Source: Synechocystis sp. PCC 6803 substr. PCC-P (lineage in GTDB: Bacteria; Cyanobacteriota; Cyanobacteriia; Cyanobacteriales; Microcystaceae). Taken from it: 32,000 nucleotides of DNA. The stretch covers positions 3,330,001 to 3,362,000 of the forward strand of contig NC_017039.1 in NCBI RefSeq assembly GCF_000284455.1. The letters are read 5' to 3'. Positions 1 to 8,992 of this stretch are shown piece after piece; the first letter of the stretch is position 1; every line of letters starts with the position of its first letter. A program made the translations under genes and the position numbers. Under the pieces are notes generated by a model, which did not search any database, was not told where the DNA came from, and saw only the letters and a program-made list of their open reading frames with translations.

Positions 1-648
1 AATTTTCAAGATTTTGACGATTATTTGCAAATTTTTAATGCCAATCAACGGCGTAATATTAAACGAGAACGAAAAGCGGTGCAAAAGGCTGGCTTACGCA
101 TTCAAGTTTTACAAGGAAATCAAATTCCCCATCATTTTTTTCCTGCAATTTATCGTTTTTATAGTAATACCTGTGACAAATTCTATTGGGGTAGTAAATA
201 CCTCACTAAAAAGTTCTTTCAGTCTTTGTACGAAGATTACCGGGCTAGGGTAGTTTTGGTGCTAGCCTTTCCAGAGCATGATGATCAACATCCCGTTGGT
301 TTATCTTTCTGTTTACGCAAAGGCGATCGCCTCTATGGTCGCTACTGGGGAAGCCTAGCAGATTATGATTGTCTGCACTTTGAAGCTTGTTATTACCAAC
401 CCATTCAATGGGCCATTGGGGAAAACATTCAACTATTTGATCCAGGGGCAGGGGGACGCCACAAACGCCGTCGAGGTTTTCCCGCCACAGCTAACTACAG
501 TTTGCATCGTTTCTATCACCCCAAAATGCAACAAATTTTGCAAATCTACATCGATGAAATTAATGCCATGGAGCAGGCAGAAATTGATGCCATTAACCAG
601 GATTTGCCCTTTAGTAGAAAGGAGGTTAGTTTGGCATTAGAACAATAA
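1..648 (+). CDS. C-terminal part of a GNAT-like / COG3146-type (peptidoglycan-biosynthesis-like acyltransferase) protein; 5' end outside window
   Basis: Frame 1 is open from base 1 (NFQDFDDYLQIFNANQRRNIKRERKAVQKAG...). The YL..F....R.NI.RERK motif and the later FEACYYQPIQWAIG...FDPGAGGRHKRRRGF stretch are typical of this family. The TTG start at 25 in the ORF track is internal. Confidence 0.8.
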   Translation, partial: NFQDFDDYLQIFNANQRRNIKRERKAVQKAGLRIQVLQGNQIPHHFFPAIYRFYSNTCDKFYWGSKYLTKKFFQSLYEDYRARVVLVLAFPEHDDQHPVGLSFCLRKGDRLYGRYWGSLADYDCLHFEACYYQPIQWAIGENIQLFDPGAGGRHKRRRGFPATANYSLHRFYHPKMQQILQIYIDEINAMEQAEIDAINQDLPFSRKEVSLALEQ

Positions 649-771
649 AAGCTGACTCAATTATCCTGCTCACAAGACTGACAAAATAGCTCTCTTCTAT
701 TGGGAGAGTATCATTTCTACCAAATCTTCTGGAGCTTTAGCAACTTGATAAAAAAGACAACAGCAGTGGAA

Positions 772-826
772 GGCAAATTACTCCTAGGAGAAATTTGCCG
801 AGTTGATAGTAAACCTTGATCAACTC
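772..826. repeat. Two adjacent inverted repeats (hairpins) immediately 3' of tRNA-Leu
   Basis: 772..799 GGCAAATTACTCCTAGGAGAAATTTGCC is palindromic apart from one base pair. 800..826 GAGTTGATAGTAAACCTTGATCAACTC has 8-bp arms GAGTTGAT/ATCAACTC. Confidence 0.7.
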
Positions 827-842
827 AAATAGAGTTAGAATG

Positions 843-924
843 CGGAACCCGGGACTTGAACCCGGAAGTCCTTACGAACACTAGAACCTGAATCTAGCGC
901 GTCTACCAATTCCGCCAGTTCCGC
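843..924 (-). tRNA. trnL-CAG: tRNA-Leu (anticodon CAG)
   Basis: Reverse complement GCGGAACTGGCGGAATTGGTAGACGCGCTAGATTCAGGTTCTAGTGTTCGTAAGGACTTCCGGGTTCAAGTCCCGGGTTCCGC folds as a class II cloverleaf: acceptor stem GCGGAAC/GTTCCGC, anticodon stem CTAGA/TCTAG with loop TTCAGGT, long variable arm and GGTTCAAGTCC T-arm. Confidence 0.95.
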
Positions 925-1070
925 TTGCGGTGGTTTTGCTTACCGAAAGACCATCATCCCCCAGGATTGACTGGAAGTCAACAGGCTTTTGTCAAGAAAT
1001 AATAGCGGCTTAATTTTTTTGATACCATGGGGAACTGCCGACTTTTCCCCGGCCCTATCCCGAAATCACC

Positions 1071-2873
1071 ATGGCATTAATCGTTCAAAAATTTGGCGGC
1101 ACTTCCGTTGGCACTGTGGAGCGTATTCAAGCGGTGGCCCAACGCATTAAACGAACTGTGCAGGGAGGCAACTCCCTGGTGGTGGTGGTGTCGGCCATGG
1201 GAAAAAGCACCGATGTGTTAGTGGATTTAGCCCAACAGATTTCCCCCAATCCCTGTCGCCGGGAGATGGATATGTTACTTTCCACCGGGGAACAGGTATC
1301 CATTGCTTTGCTGAGTTTAGCCTTGCAGGAAATAGACCAGCCCGCCATTTCCCTCACCGGAGCCCAGGTGGGCATCGTCACCGAGGCCGAACATAGCCGG
1401 GCCCGCATTCTAGAAATTCGTCCCGATCGCCTGGAGCACCATTTAAGGGAAGGGAAAGTGGTGGTAGTGGCTGGTTTCCAGGGCATCAGTAGCGTAGAAC
1501 ATCTAGAAATTACTACCCTGGGACGGGGCGGCTCAGACACCTCTGCCGTGGCCCTGGCGGCGGCATTGAAAGCGGATTTTTGCGAAATTTACACCGACGT
1601 ACCGGGTATTCTCACCACTGATCCCCGTTTAGTGCCGGAAGCCCAACTGATGGCGGAAATCACCTGTGACGAGATGTTGGAATTAGCCAGTCTGGGGGCG
1701 AAAGTACTCCATCCCCGGGCGGTGGAAATTGCCCGCAATTATGGCATTCCCTTGGTGGTGCGTTCCAGTTGGAGTGATGAACCGGGCACAAAAGTAGTGG
1801 CTCCCCCGGTGCAAAACCGTTCCCTGGTAGGGCTTGAAATTGCCAAGGCAGTGGATGGGGTGGAATACGACGCCGATCAAGCCAAAGTCGCTCTGTTGCG
1901 AGTGCCCGATCGCCCTGGGGTGGCATCAAAATTATTTCGGGATATTGCCCAACAACAGGTGGACATTGATTTAATTATTCAATCCATCCATGACGGCAAC
2001 AGTAATGACATTGCTTTCACTGTTGTCAAAGATTTACTCAATACAGCGGAAGCCGTTACCAGCGCCATTGCCCCGGCCCTACGCAGTTACCCCGAAGCGG
2101 ATCAGGAAGCGGAAATTATTGTCGAAAAAGGCATCGCTAAAATTGCCATTGCCGGAGCCGGTATGATCGGTCGTCCTGGCATCGCCGCCAAAATGTTCAA
2201 AACTTTGGCCGATGTGGGGGTCAACATTGAAATGATTTCCACTTCGGAAGTGAAAGTTAGTTGTGTTATTGATCAACGGGACGCAGACCGGGCGATCGCC
2301 GCTTTATCCAATGCTTTTGGGGTAACTTTATCTCCGCCGAAAAACCAAACGGACACTTCCCATTTACCAGCGGTGCGGGGGGTAGCCCTGGACCAAGACC
2401 AGGCCCAAATTGCCATTCGCCACGTACCCGATCGCCCTGGCATGGCAGCCCAACTGTTCACCGCCCTAGCAGAAGCCAACATCAGTGTGGACATGATTAT
2501 CCAATCCCAACGCTGTCGCATTAATCAAGGCACCCCCTGCCGGGACATTGCTTTTATGGTGGCGGAAGGGGATAGCAGTCAGGCTGAGGCGATTTTGCAA
2601 CCCCTGATCAAAGATTGGCTCGATGCGGCCATAGTTGTGAACAAAGCCATTGCCAAAGTCAGCATTGTCGGTTCCGGCATGATTGGCCATCCGGGGGTGG
2701 CGGCCCACTTCTTTGCTGCCCTGGCCCAGGAAAATATCAACATTGAAATGATTGCCACGTCGGAAATCAAAATCAGTTGTGTGGTGCCCCAGGATCGGGG
2801 AGTGGATGCTTTGAAAGCTGCCCACAGCGCCTTTAACTTAGCTGGCACGAAAACCGTCACTGTTCCAGCTTAG
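1071..2873 (+). CDS. lysC: Aspartate kinase with two tandem ACT-domain pairs
   Basis: 600-aa ORF. N-terminal MALIVQKFGGTSVG kinase signature, GRGGSDTSAVALA and TDPR. Two repeated ACT modules (DIDLIIQSIHDGNSNDIAFTV... and SVDMIIQSQRCRINQGTPCRDIAFMV..., each followed by KI.I.G.GMIG.PG.AA). Confidence 0.96.
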   Translation: MALIVQKFGGTSVGTVERIQAVAQRIKRTVQGGNSLVVVVSAMGKSTDVLVDLAQQISPNPCRREMDMLLSTGEQVSIALLSLALQEIDQPAISLTGAQVGIVTEAEHSRARILEIRPDRLEHHLREGKVVVVAGFQGISSVEHLEITTLGRGGSDTSAVALAAALKADFCEIYTDVPGILTTDPRLVPEAQLMAEITCDEMLELASLGAKVLHPRAVEIARNYGIPLVVRSSWSDEPGTKVVAPPVQNRSLVGLEIAKAVDGVEYDADQAKVALLRVPDRPGVASKLFRDIAQQQVDIDLIIQSIHDGNSNDIAFTVVKDLLNTAEAVTSAIAPALRSYPEADQEAEIIVEKGIAKIAIAGAGMIGRPGIAAKMFKTLADVGVNIEMISTSEVKVSCVIDQRDADRAIAALSNAFGVTLSPPKNQTDTSHLPAVRGVALDQDQAQIAIRHVPDRPGMAAQLFTALAEANISVDMIIQSQRCRINQGTPCRDIAFMVAEGDSSQAEAILQPLIKDWLDAAIVVNKAIAKVSIVGSGMIGHPGVAAHFFAALAQENINIEMIATSEIKISCVVPQDRGVDALKAAHSAFNLAGTKTVTVPA

Positions 2874-3073
2874 ATCCTACTTTTCAAACACTCTTTAAAG
2901 GATTAAAAGAATATCTTTACTTTACGATTCACTTACCCTATCTATGAATGCTTTGAACTACTGGCTGAGCTGATCAGTCAAGTCGGAGTTCTGCTTACTT
3001 CTCGCCCCGTTAGCCAAAATACAAAATAACATTAACGTATAGTCTTAACCATTATTAGACGATTCAAATACAA

Positions 3074-4069
3074 ATGACCAGAAATGTCCAGTTTGAAATC
3101 GCACTCTCCTTCGCAGGCGAAGATAGAGAATACGTTGATCGCGTCGCCAATCTTTTGCGTGAGGCTGGTGTAACTGTTTTCTATGACATTTTTGAAGAAG
3201 CCAATCTCTGGGGCAAAAACCTCTACGACTATCTTTCTGAGATTTATCAGGATAAGGCATTATTTACAATAATGTTCATTTCGGAACACTATTCAAGAAA
3301 GATGTGGACAAACCACGAACGGCAGGCAATGCAAGCTCGGGCCTTCCAAGAGCACCAGGAGTACATTCTTCCTGCACGCTTTGATGAAACCCCTATTCCG
3401 AGCGTCCTCCCAACAGTTGGCTATATTTCACTTCGAAGCAAGACACCCGAGGAATTCGTCGAAACAATCAAGCAAAAACTTATCGCTACTGGAAGAACAG
3501 TGCCATCCGCTTCGCTCAGGCGGGACTTCTTCACATTTGAAACCATTCTACGGCGTGAGCCAATCCATGCCACAGTCACCGTTATTGACTCCTCAGAGAA
3601 GCCGGTCGCATCCGCAATCGTTGTAGCAATCGCAGACAACAACACAACTAAGCAAGCTCAAACAGATCACTCAGGCATTGCCAAACTTGACATACCAACA
3701 CGTCGGAAATACCAGTTGTTAGTCGCACATCCACAGTATCCCGGATCCATAGTTTCAACTTGGGATCCAGGATATGATATTCGAATAGTTGTGACTACAG
3801 TAGAGAATACAGGCTCAGTAATCTGCCATAGTACCTGCCACATTCCGGGTTTAGAGGGCCGCCTTAATCCAATACTCGATACCGGCTTTCGTAAGTATCT
3901 GTACGCCGACAACATCGCTATCGACGGCGGCAAACAACAACCGGCACACTTCGAGATAGACTCCCCAATTGAATTAGAAGACTCGAACGGCCTAGTTATG
4001 CTAGTGCGGGTACTTCACATACAGGGCAGAACATCGCTCATCCAATATGTACGACCCTGCAACGCCTAA
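3074..4069 (+). CDS. TIR-domain protein with a beta-rich, carboxypeptidase-regulatory-like C-terminal region (putative immune or NAD-related effector)
   Basis: 331-aa ORF. VQFEIALSFAGEDREYVDRVANLLREAGVTVFYDIFEEANLWGKNLYDYLSEIY...FTIMFISEHYSRKMWTNHERQAMQARAFQEHQEYILPARFDETPIPSVLPTVGYI is a recognisable bacterial TIR fold signature. The C-terminus is a separate VTVIDSSEKPVASAIV..AQTDHSGIAKLDIPTRRKYQLLVAHPQYPG region. Confidence 0.82.
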   Translation: MTRNVQFEIALSFAGEDREYVDRVANLLREAGVTVFYDIFEEANLWGKNLYDYLSEIYQDKALFTIMFISEHYSRKMWTNHERQAMQARAFQEHQEYILPARFDETPIPSVLPTVGYISLRSKTPEEFVETIKQKLIATGRTVPSASLRRDFFTFETILRREPIHATVTVIDSSEKPVASAIVVAIADNNTTKQAQTDHSGIAKLDIPTRRKYQLLVAHPQYPGSIVSTWDPGYDIRIVVTTVENTGSVICHSTCHIPGLEGRLNPILDTGFRKYLYADNIAIDGGKQQPAHFEIDSPIELEDSNGLVMLVRVLHIQGRTSLIQYVRPCNA

Positions 4070-4071
4070 CG

Positions 4072-4200
4072 CGCCTTGCACGATTTTTTGGAAATTTGCC
4101 CGAGTTTTGGTTAAATGCACAACATTCAGTCGATTTATGGGATGTGGCCCAGGCAAGTGAGGAAGATATTTCCAAAATTCGGCCACTCAACGTTGTCTGA
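4072..4200 (+). pseudogene. 3' remnant of a HigA/VapI-type XRE antitoxin
   Basis: Manual translation of 4072..4200 gives RLARFFGNLPEFWLNAQHSVDLWDVAQASEEDISKIRPLNVV*, matching the conserved RLARFFGTSPEFWLNLQ..YDL..A....I..I.PL C-terminus of HigA antitoxins. No HTH-encoding 5' part is present, and homology starts 2 nt after the TIR stop codon. Confidence 0.75.
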
Positions 4201-4290
4201 TTTTTTCATTGCCTTCATGCCAAAATTTAGGGAGTGGTTTATCCACAAACCTTTTTCCTGCGACTTAAACCTTTCCGTTTTTCCATCACC

Positions 4291-6375
4291 ATGACCCACA
4301 CCGCCGTTGCCAATCCGCTCCTTCAAGGCCGGGACTTGCCTGCCTTTGACAAAATTCAACCCACCGATGTGGAGCCCGCAGTGACTACCCTGGTGCAGGA
4401 ATTAGAAGCCCAATTAACTGAGTTAGAAAAATCTGTGCAGCCCACCTGGGAAGGATTGGTGGAACCTCTGACGGCCCTGGAAGAAAAACTGAGTTGGACC
4501 TGGGGCACCGTTTCCCATTTGATGGGGGTGAAAAATAGCCCCGAATTGCGCCATGGCTTTGAACAAGTGCAACCGTTAGTGGTAGGTTTCATTAGTCGGT
4601 TGGGGCAGAGTCGTCCCCTTTATGAAGCCTTTGTGGCCCTGCGGGATAGCGCTGAATGGGGAAATCTAGAACCAGCCCAGCAACGGATTGTGGAAAGTAA
4701 TATCCGGGAAGCGGAACTAGGGGGCGTAGGTTTAACGGGGGAAAAACGGGACAGGTTTAACGCCATTCAATTGGAATTAGCGGAACTGGCCACCAAATTT
4801 TCCAATAACGTGTTGGATGCCAGCCAAGCGTTTGAGTTGAAACTGACCACCAAGGAAGAAATTGCCGGCTTGCCACCGAGTTTATTGGCTTTAGCCGCCC
4901 AAACTGCCCAACAGAAAGGGGAAGACAATGCTACTCCCGAGGAGGGCCCCTGGCTAATTACCTTGGACTATCCTAGCTATCTTCCTTTTATGAAATATAG
5001 CCAACGGGAGGATCTGCGGGAAAAGGTTTACCGGGCGTTTATTCGTCGGGCAGCGGATGGGCAGTGGGATAACCATCCCTTAATTGAGAGAATTTTGGCG
5101 CTACGGTTGGAAAAAGCCCAGTTGCTAGGTTTTGAAACCTATGCAGAGTTAAGTTTGTCCCGCAAAATGGCCCCCAATGTGGCCGCAGTGGAAAAACTGT
5201 TGGAGGAGTTACGGGTTCCCAGTTATAAGGCGGCGGAGCAGGAATTTGCCGATCTACAGAAATTTGCTGGGGTGGAAGAGCTACACCATTGGGATACGGC
5301 CTATTGGTCAGAACGGCAACGGGAACAGGAATTTGATTTTGATGCGGAGGCTCTGCGGCCCTATTTCCCCCTACCCCAGGTACTGGAAGGATTATTTGCC
5401 TTGGCTAAGCGACTATTTGGGGTCACCATTCAAGCCAGTGAAGAAGAGGTTCCTGTTTGGCACCCGGATGTGCAATTTTTCCGAGTGTTGGATGAATCGG
5501 GCACGGCGATCGCCAGTTTTTATTTAGATGCCTACAGTCGGCCGGCGGAAAAACGGGGCGGTGCCTGGATGGCGGATTGCTTAAACCGGGGTCAGGAATT
5601 AATCAATGGGCAAAAATCCCTACGTTTGCCAGTAGCTTATCTAATTTGTAACCAAACGCCGCCGGTGGGGGATCAGCCCAGCCTGATGACTTTTTACGAA
5701 GTGACTACCCTGTTCCATGAATTTGGCCATGGGTTGCAGCATTTACTAACCACCGTTAATTACAGCGGTGCGGCGGGCATCAATAATGTGGAATGGGATG
5801 CGGTGGAACTGCCCAGTCAGTTTATGGAAAATTGGTGCTATGACCCCACCACCCTGTTTAGTTTGGCCAAGCATTACCAAACCGGGGAGACTTTGCCCCA
5901 GGCGGAATACGAAAAAATCCTCGCCACCCGCAACTTTATGACCGGCTCTGCCATGCTCCGGCAGATTAACTTCAGCCTGCTGGATTTAGAACTACACCAC
6001 CGTTACCGTCCCGACGGCCCGGAAACCATTGAGCAAATTGGCGATCGCCTGGCGAAAATCACCACCATTTTGCCTCCCCTGCCGGAAAATGCTTTCCTCT
6101 GCTCCTTTGGCCACATCTTTGCCGGGGGCTATGCCGCCGGTTACTACAGCTATAAATGGGCGGAAGTACTCAGTGCCGATGCCTTTGCCGCCTTTGAGGA
6201 GGTGGGCTTAGACAATGAAGCTGCGGTGCAAACTACGGGTAAACGTTTTCGAGAAACGGTGTTGGCCTTGGGGGGAAGCTTAGCGCCCGCAGTGGTCTTT
6301 GAAAAATTCCGGGGGCGACAACCGCAAACTGCTCCGCTGTTGCGTCATAACGGTTTGTTACCCAGTGCAACCTGA
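4291..6375 (+). CDS. prlC: Oligopeptidase A-like M3 family metallopeptidase
   Basis: The track ORF begins at 4234; ATG at 4291 (MTHTAVANPLLQGRDLP...) is the more plausible start. Zinc motif VTTLFHEFGHGLQHLLT and M3-family sequence throughout. Confidence 0.93.
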   Translation: MTHTAVANPLLQGRDLPAFDKIQPTDVEPAVTTLVQELEAQLTELEKSVQPTWEGLVEPLTALEEKLSWTWGTVSHLMGVKNSPELRHGFEQVQPLVVGFISRLGQSRPLYEAFVALRDSAEWGNLEPAQQRIVESNIREAELGGVGLTGEKRDRFNAIQLELAELATKFSNNVLDASQAFELKLTTKEEIAGLPPSLLALAAQTAQQKGEDNATPEEGPWLITLDYPSYLPFMKYSQREDLREKVYRAFIRRAADGQWDNHPLIERILALRLEKAQLLGFETYAELSLSRKMAPNVAAVEKLLEELRVPSYKAAEQEFADLQKFAGVEELHHWDTAYWSERQREQEFDFDAEALRPYFPLPQVLEGLFALAKRLFGVTIQASEEEVPVWHPDVQFFRVLDESGTAIASFYLDAYSRPAEKRGGAWMADCLNRGQELINGQKSLRLPVAYLICNQTPPVGDQPSLMTFYEVTTLFHEFGHGLQHLLTTVNYSGAAGINNVEWDAVELPSQFMENWCYDPTTLFSLAKHYQTGETLPQAEYEKILATRNFMTGSAMLRQINFSLLDLELHHRYRPDGPETIEQIGDRLAKITTILPPLPENAFLCSFGHIFAGGYAAGYYSYKWAEVLSADAFAAFEEVGLDNEAAVQTTGKRFRETVLALGGSLAPAVVFEKFRGRQPQTAPLLRHNGLLPSAT

Positions 6376-6470
6376 TCAATTGCCCGATTGATGAATTGAG
6401 CAATGAACCCTAGCAACTCCCCTATCTCCCCGACTTAGCCATAGGATTCGGTGGAGTTGGGGGTTCAAGG

Positions 6471-6476
6471 TATAAT
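6471..6476 (+). promoter_or_regulatory. Possible -10 element upstream of proC
   Basis: Perfect TATAAT about 32 bp before the GTG start. No clear -35 seen. Confidence 0.35.
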
Positions 6477-6508
6477 TCTGAATACTATTGGGAATAGCCT
6501 AAATTACA

Positions 6509-7312
6509 GTGTCCATTCAACTCGGTATCATCGGCGGTGGAGTAATGGCTGAAGCCATCCTGGCCCGCTTAATCGCAGAAAAGACCTATGCCCCAGAAGA
6601 AATAATTGTGGGGGAGCCCCACGGTGCCCGGCGGGATTATCTCCAAAAAACCTATCAAGTTCGGGTTTCCCCCGATAACCAAGAGGCGGCTAATGTTTCT
6701 GAAGTGCTGCTGTTGGCCGTCAAACCCCAGGTGCTAGACCGGGTGCTAGCCAGTTTAGCAGGAGGAGCCAATCGTCCCCTGGTAATTTCCATTTTGGCCG
6801 GGGTTTCTCTGCAAAGAATTCAAAAGGGTTTTCCCGACCATGCCATCATCCGGGCCATGCCCAATACCCCCGCCACCGTTGGGGCCGGTATGACGGCGAT
6901 CGCCGCGAATAAAATGGTGGAGCCGGATCAGTTGGCTAAGGCTAAGGCCATCTTTTCGGCGGTGGGCAATGTGGTGGAGGTGCCGGAAAATTTAATGGAT
7001 GCGGTGACGGGGGTTTCCGGTTCGGGACCGGCCTACGTAGCTTTGATGATCGAAGCCCTGGCCGATGGTGGTGTTTTGGCCGGATTACCCAGGGCGATCG
7101 CCCAAAAATTGGCTTTGCAAACAGTGTTGGGCACAGCGGAGTTAATCAAGGAAACGGAGGAGCACCCTGCCCAGATTAAAGATAAAGTTACCAGTCCGGG
7201 GGGCACCACCATTGCTGGGGTAGCGGTATTGGAGAAGATGGGTTTTCGTTCCGCCATCATCGAAGCAGTGCGGGCGGCCTATCGCCGTTCCCAGGAATTG
7301 GGCAAAAAATAA
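6509..7312 (+). CDS. proC: Pyrroline-5-carboxylate reductase
   Basis: 267 aa; IQLGIIGGGVMAEAILARL, AIRAMPNTPATVGAGMTAI, GVSGSGPAYVALMIEALADGGVLAGLPRAIA, SPGGTTIAGV. GTG start. Confidence 0.96.
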   Translation: MSIQLGIIGGGVMAEAILARLIAEKTYAPEEIIVGEPHGARRDYLQKTYQVRVSPDNQEAANVSEVLLLAVKPQVLDRVLASLAGGANRPLVISILAGVSLQRIQKGFPDHAIIRAMPNTPATVGAGMTAIAANKMVEPDQLAKAKAIFSAVGNVVEVPENLMDAVTGVSGSGPAYVALMIEALADGGVLAGLPRAIAQKLALQTVLGTAELIKETEEHPAQIKDKVTSPGGTTIAGVAVLEKMGFRSAIIEAVRAAYRRSQELGKK

Positions 7313-7326
7313 ATGGACAACGGAAT

Positions 7327-8796
7327 TTAATGCAGCGCTTGATGCAAACTTTTCAAACTAGGCAAATCGAACATCAAAGCATCGTCGGGGTTAACTTCTG
7401 TGAAATGGTGTACTAGCAATAGGCCCACAATGGTCCAGGTTTGGTAGGAACGGGATTGTTGCCCGACCCAAAAGCCCGTGGGGCCATCAAAATATTCAGC
7501 CCATTTATGCTTGGGCAAACGGCGCAAAAGCACCTCATAGTTATTGCGAATTAGGTTCCCCATTTCCGCATACTCCACCGTGCCGTAGTTGGAATGGCAG
7601 CTATGGCGGAGCACCGCCACCACCAGAAACCAAAATAAACAGGGCCAATGGCCGGCGTTGTGGTAGCACCAGGGTAAATTTTTGCGGTCAAAGCCGGTTT
7701 TACTGCGCCAATCGTCATCTTTGAGGGGGGGATGGCAAATCCTCAGGGGCATTTGGGCACATAACTCCCGCTGATTATTTAATACCAAACGGAAAAAGGA
7801 ACGTTGCTGGGCCAAGCTAGTGACATCGAAAATTGCCCCCAAGCAATTACCCAGGGAGAAAAAGCGAAAATCGGGGCGACCCGTGCGGATATTGCCGATT
7901 AAATAGCCTCCCCGATCGCCGAGCCAATCCTGGAGCCAGTTGGGAATGGTTTCTGTGTGGACATTATGTTCGTTGCTGGCTTCTTCACCGTACTGTTCCG
8001 TGGGACGGCGGCGGAGAGCTTGGACAATATTGCAATTAATCCAATAATGCTTGAGCAGATAGGTGCGGAGTTTTTTGAGCCAATCCACACTCAGGTTAAA
8101 TTGATGACTCTGCTCCATCGTGAAGCTGTCAAAAGGATGGTCTTTATTGCTGCAATAACCCTTCGCCTTGAGGTCGATTAACAGTAACCCCGCCGCACTT
8201 TTCAGGGCTCCGTAGAGCAGGGTTTGGATTTCCAACGGCGCTCCCCACACATCCATGGGGCGGTCAATCATAAAGGCCCCGTCGGGCACAAACAAAGTGG
8301 GTGCATCCCGAAAGACTGGATGGAGAATGAGGTTTAAAAACTTTTGTAGCCCCAATTGCACATGGGTTTGTCTAGCCCAGGCTTCATTGCCGGTTCTTTG
8401 CACGTAGTAATAGGCCAAAATAGGCCACCAGAGGGACGCATCCACCGAGCAAACTCGACCGATCGCCCGTTGGCCATAGTCTGCCTTGAGTTCATGGTTT
8501 TCCGTTTCCACAAAACTAGTGGGAAAAATGCCGTAGGTGGGAAAGCCCTTACTTTGGAGGGTGAGGCAAATTTCCAAAAAGTTTTGGACAATTTCCGTTT
8601 CATTTTGCAGTAACAAGAAGATCATCACCGGCACATTGTCCCGAATGAAAACTTCCGTATAGTTCAAATCATGGTGATCCGATTGGGGAATGGCCGCCAC
8701 CGTCCCCACGTATTGCCCATTGATTTTGACCATGGCTTTTTCGTAGAGCAAACGGCGGGCCTGGTCTAGGATTTGTTGAGCCTGGGGGGATTTCAT
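7327..8796 (-). CDS. Neutral/alkaline invertase (glycoside hydrolase family 100)
   Basis: 489 aa; DFRFFSLGNCLGAIFDVTS, WPCLFWFLVVAVLRH, PKHKWAEYFDGPTGFWVGQQSRSYQTWTIVG are characteristic. Exact start uncertain. Confidence 0.92.
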   Translation of the reverse strand: MKSPQAQQILDQARRLLYEKAMVKINGQYVGTVAAIPQSDHHDLNYTEVFIRDNVPVMIFLLLQNETEIVQNFLEICLTLQSKGFPTYGIFPTSFVETENHELKADYGQRAIGRVCSVDASLWWPILAYYYVQRTGNEAWARQTHVQLGLQKFLNLILHPVFRDAPTLFVPDGAFMIDRPMDVWGAPLEIQTLLYGALKSAAGLLLIDLKAKGYCSNKDHPFDSFTMEQSHQFNLSVDWLKKLRTYLLKHYWINCNIVQALRRRPTEQYGEEASNEHNVHTETIPNWLQDWLGDRGGYLIGNIRTGRPDFRFFSLGNCLGAIFDVTSLAQQRSFFRLVLNNQRELCAQMPLRICHPPLKDDDWRSKTGFDRKNLPWCYHNAGHWPCLFWFLVVAVLRHSCHSNYGTVEYAEMGNLIRNNYEVLLRRLPKHKWAEYFDGPTGFWVGQQSRSYQTWTIVGLLLVHHFTEVNPDDALMFDLPSLKSLHQALH

Positions 8797-8992
8797 AGCA
8801 AAAGATTAGGATTAATCTATGGGTCAAACTTAATTTTCCTGAACTAGTCTGACGATGTAAAGCATTTGGTTTGCTAGGCTGACAGATAGTAGGGTTCTAG
8901 CTCGTTCCCTCAATATCCAATATCCCAACACTGGCAGATTTTTACCCGGCTTTCCCTGAAACTGGTGGATCAGGGGATTTTTAAAATTTACC

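Noticed and set aside
1127-2860. Minus-strand and alternate-frame ORFs (up to 137 aa) inside lysC.
   Set aside because: Overlap a confidently assigned gene and show no recognisable domains.
3009-4070. Integron cassette hypothesis for the TIR gene: GTTAGCC (3009..3015) upstream and GCCTAAC (4064..4070, fits RYYYAAC) at its stop codon.
   Set aside because: The upstream motif deviates from GTTRRRY, and no paired R'/L' sites or foldable attC were found between 4070 and 4290. A 7-nt match is easily due to chance.
6399-6508. Possible structured leader (GGGGGTT/CTCCCC-like complementarity) before proC.
   Set aside because: Arms are short and imperfect; a simple promoter explains the region adequately.
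7833-8181. Plus-strand ORFs within the invertase gene.
   Set aside because: Antisense to a well-supported GH100 gene; no independent evidence.
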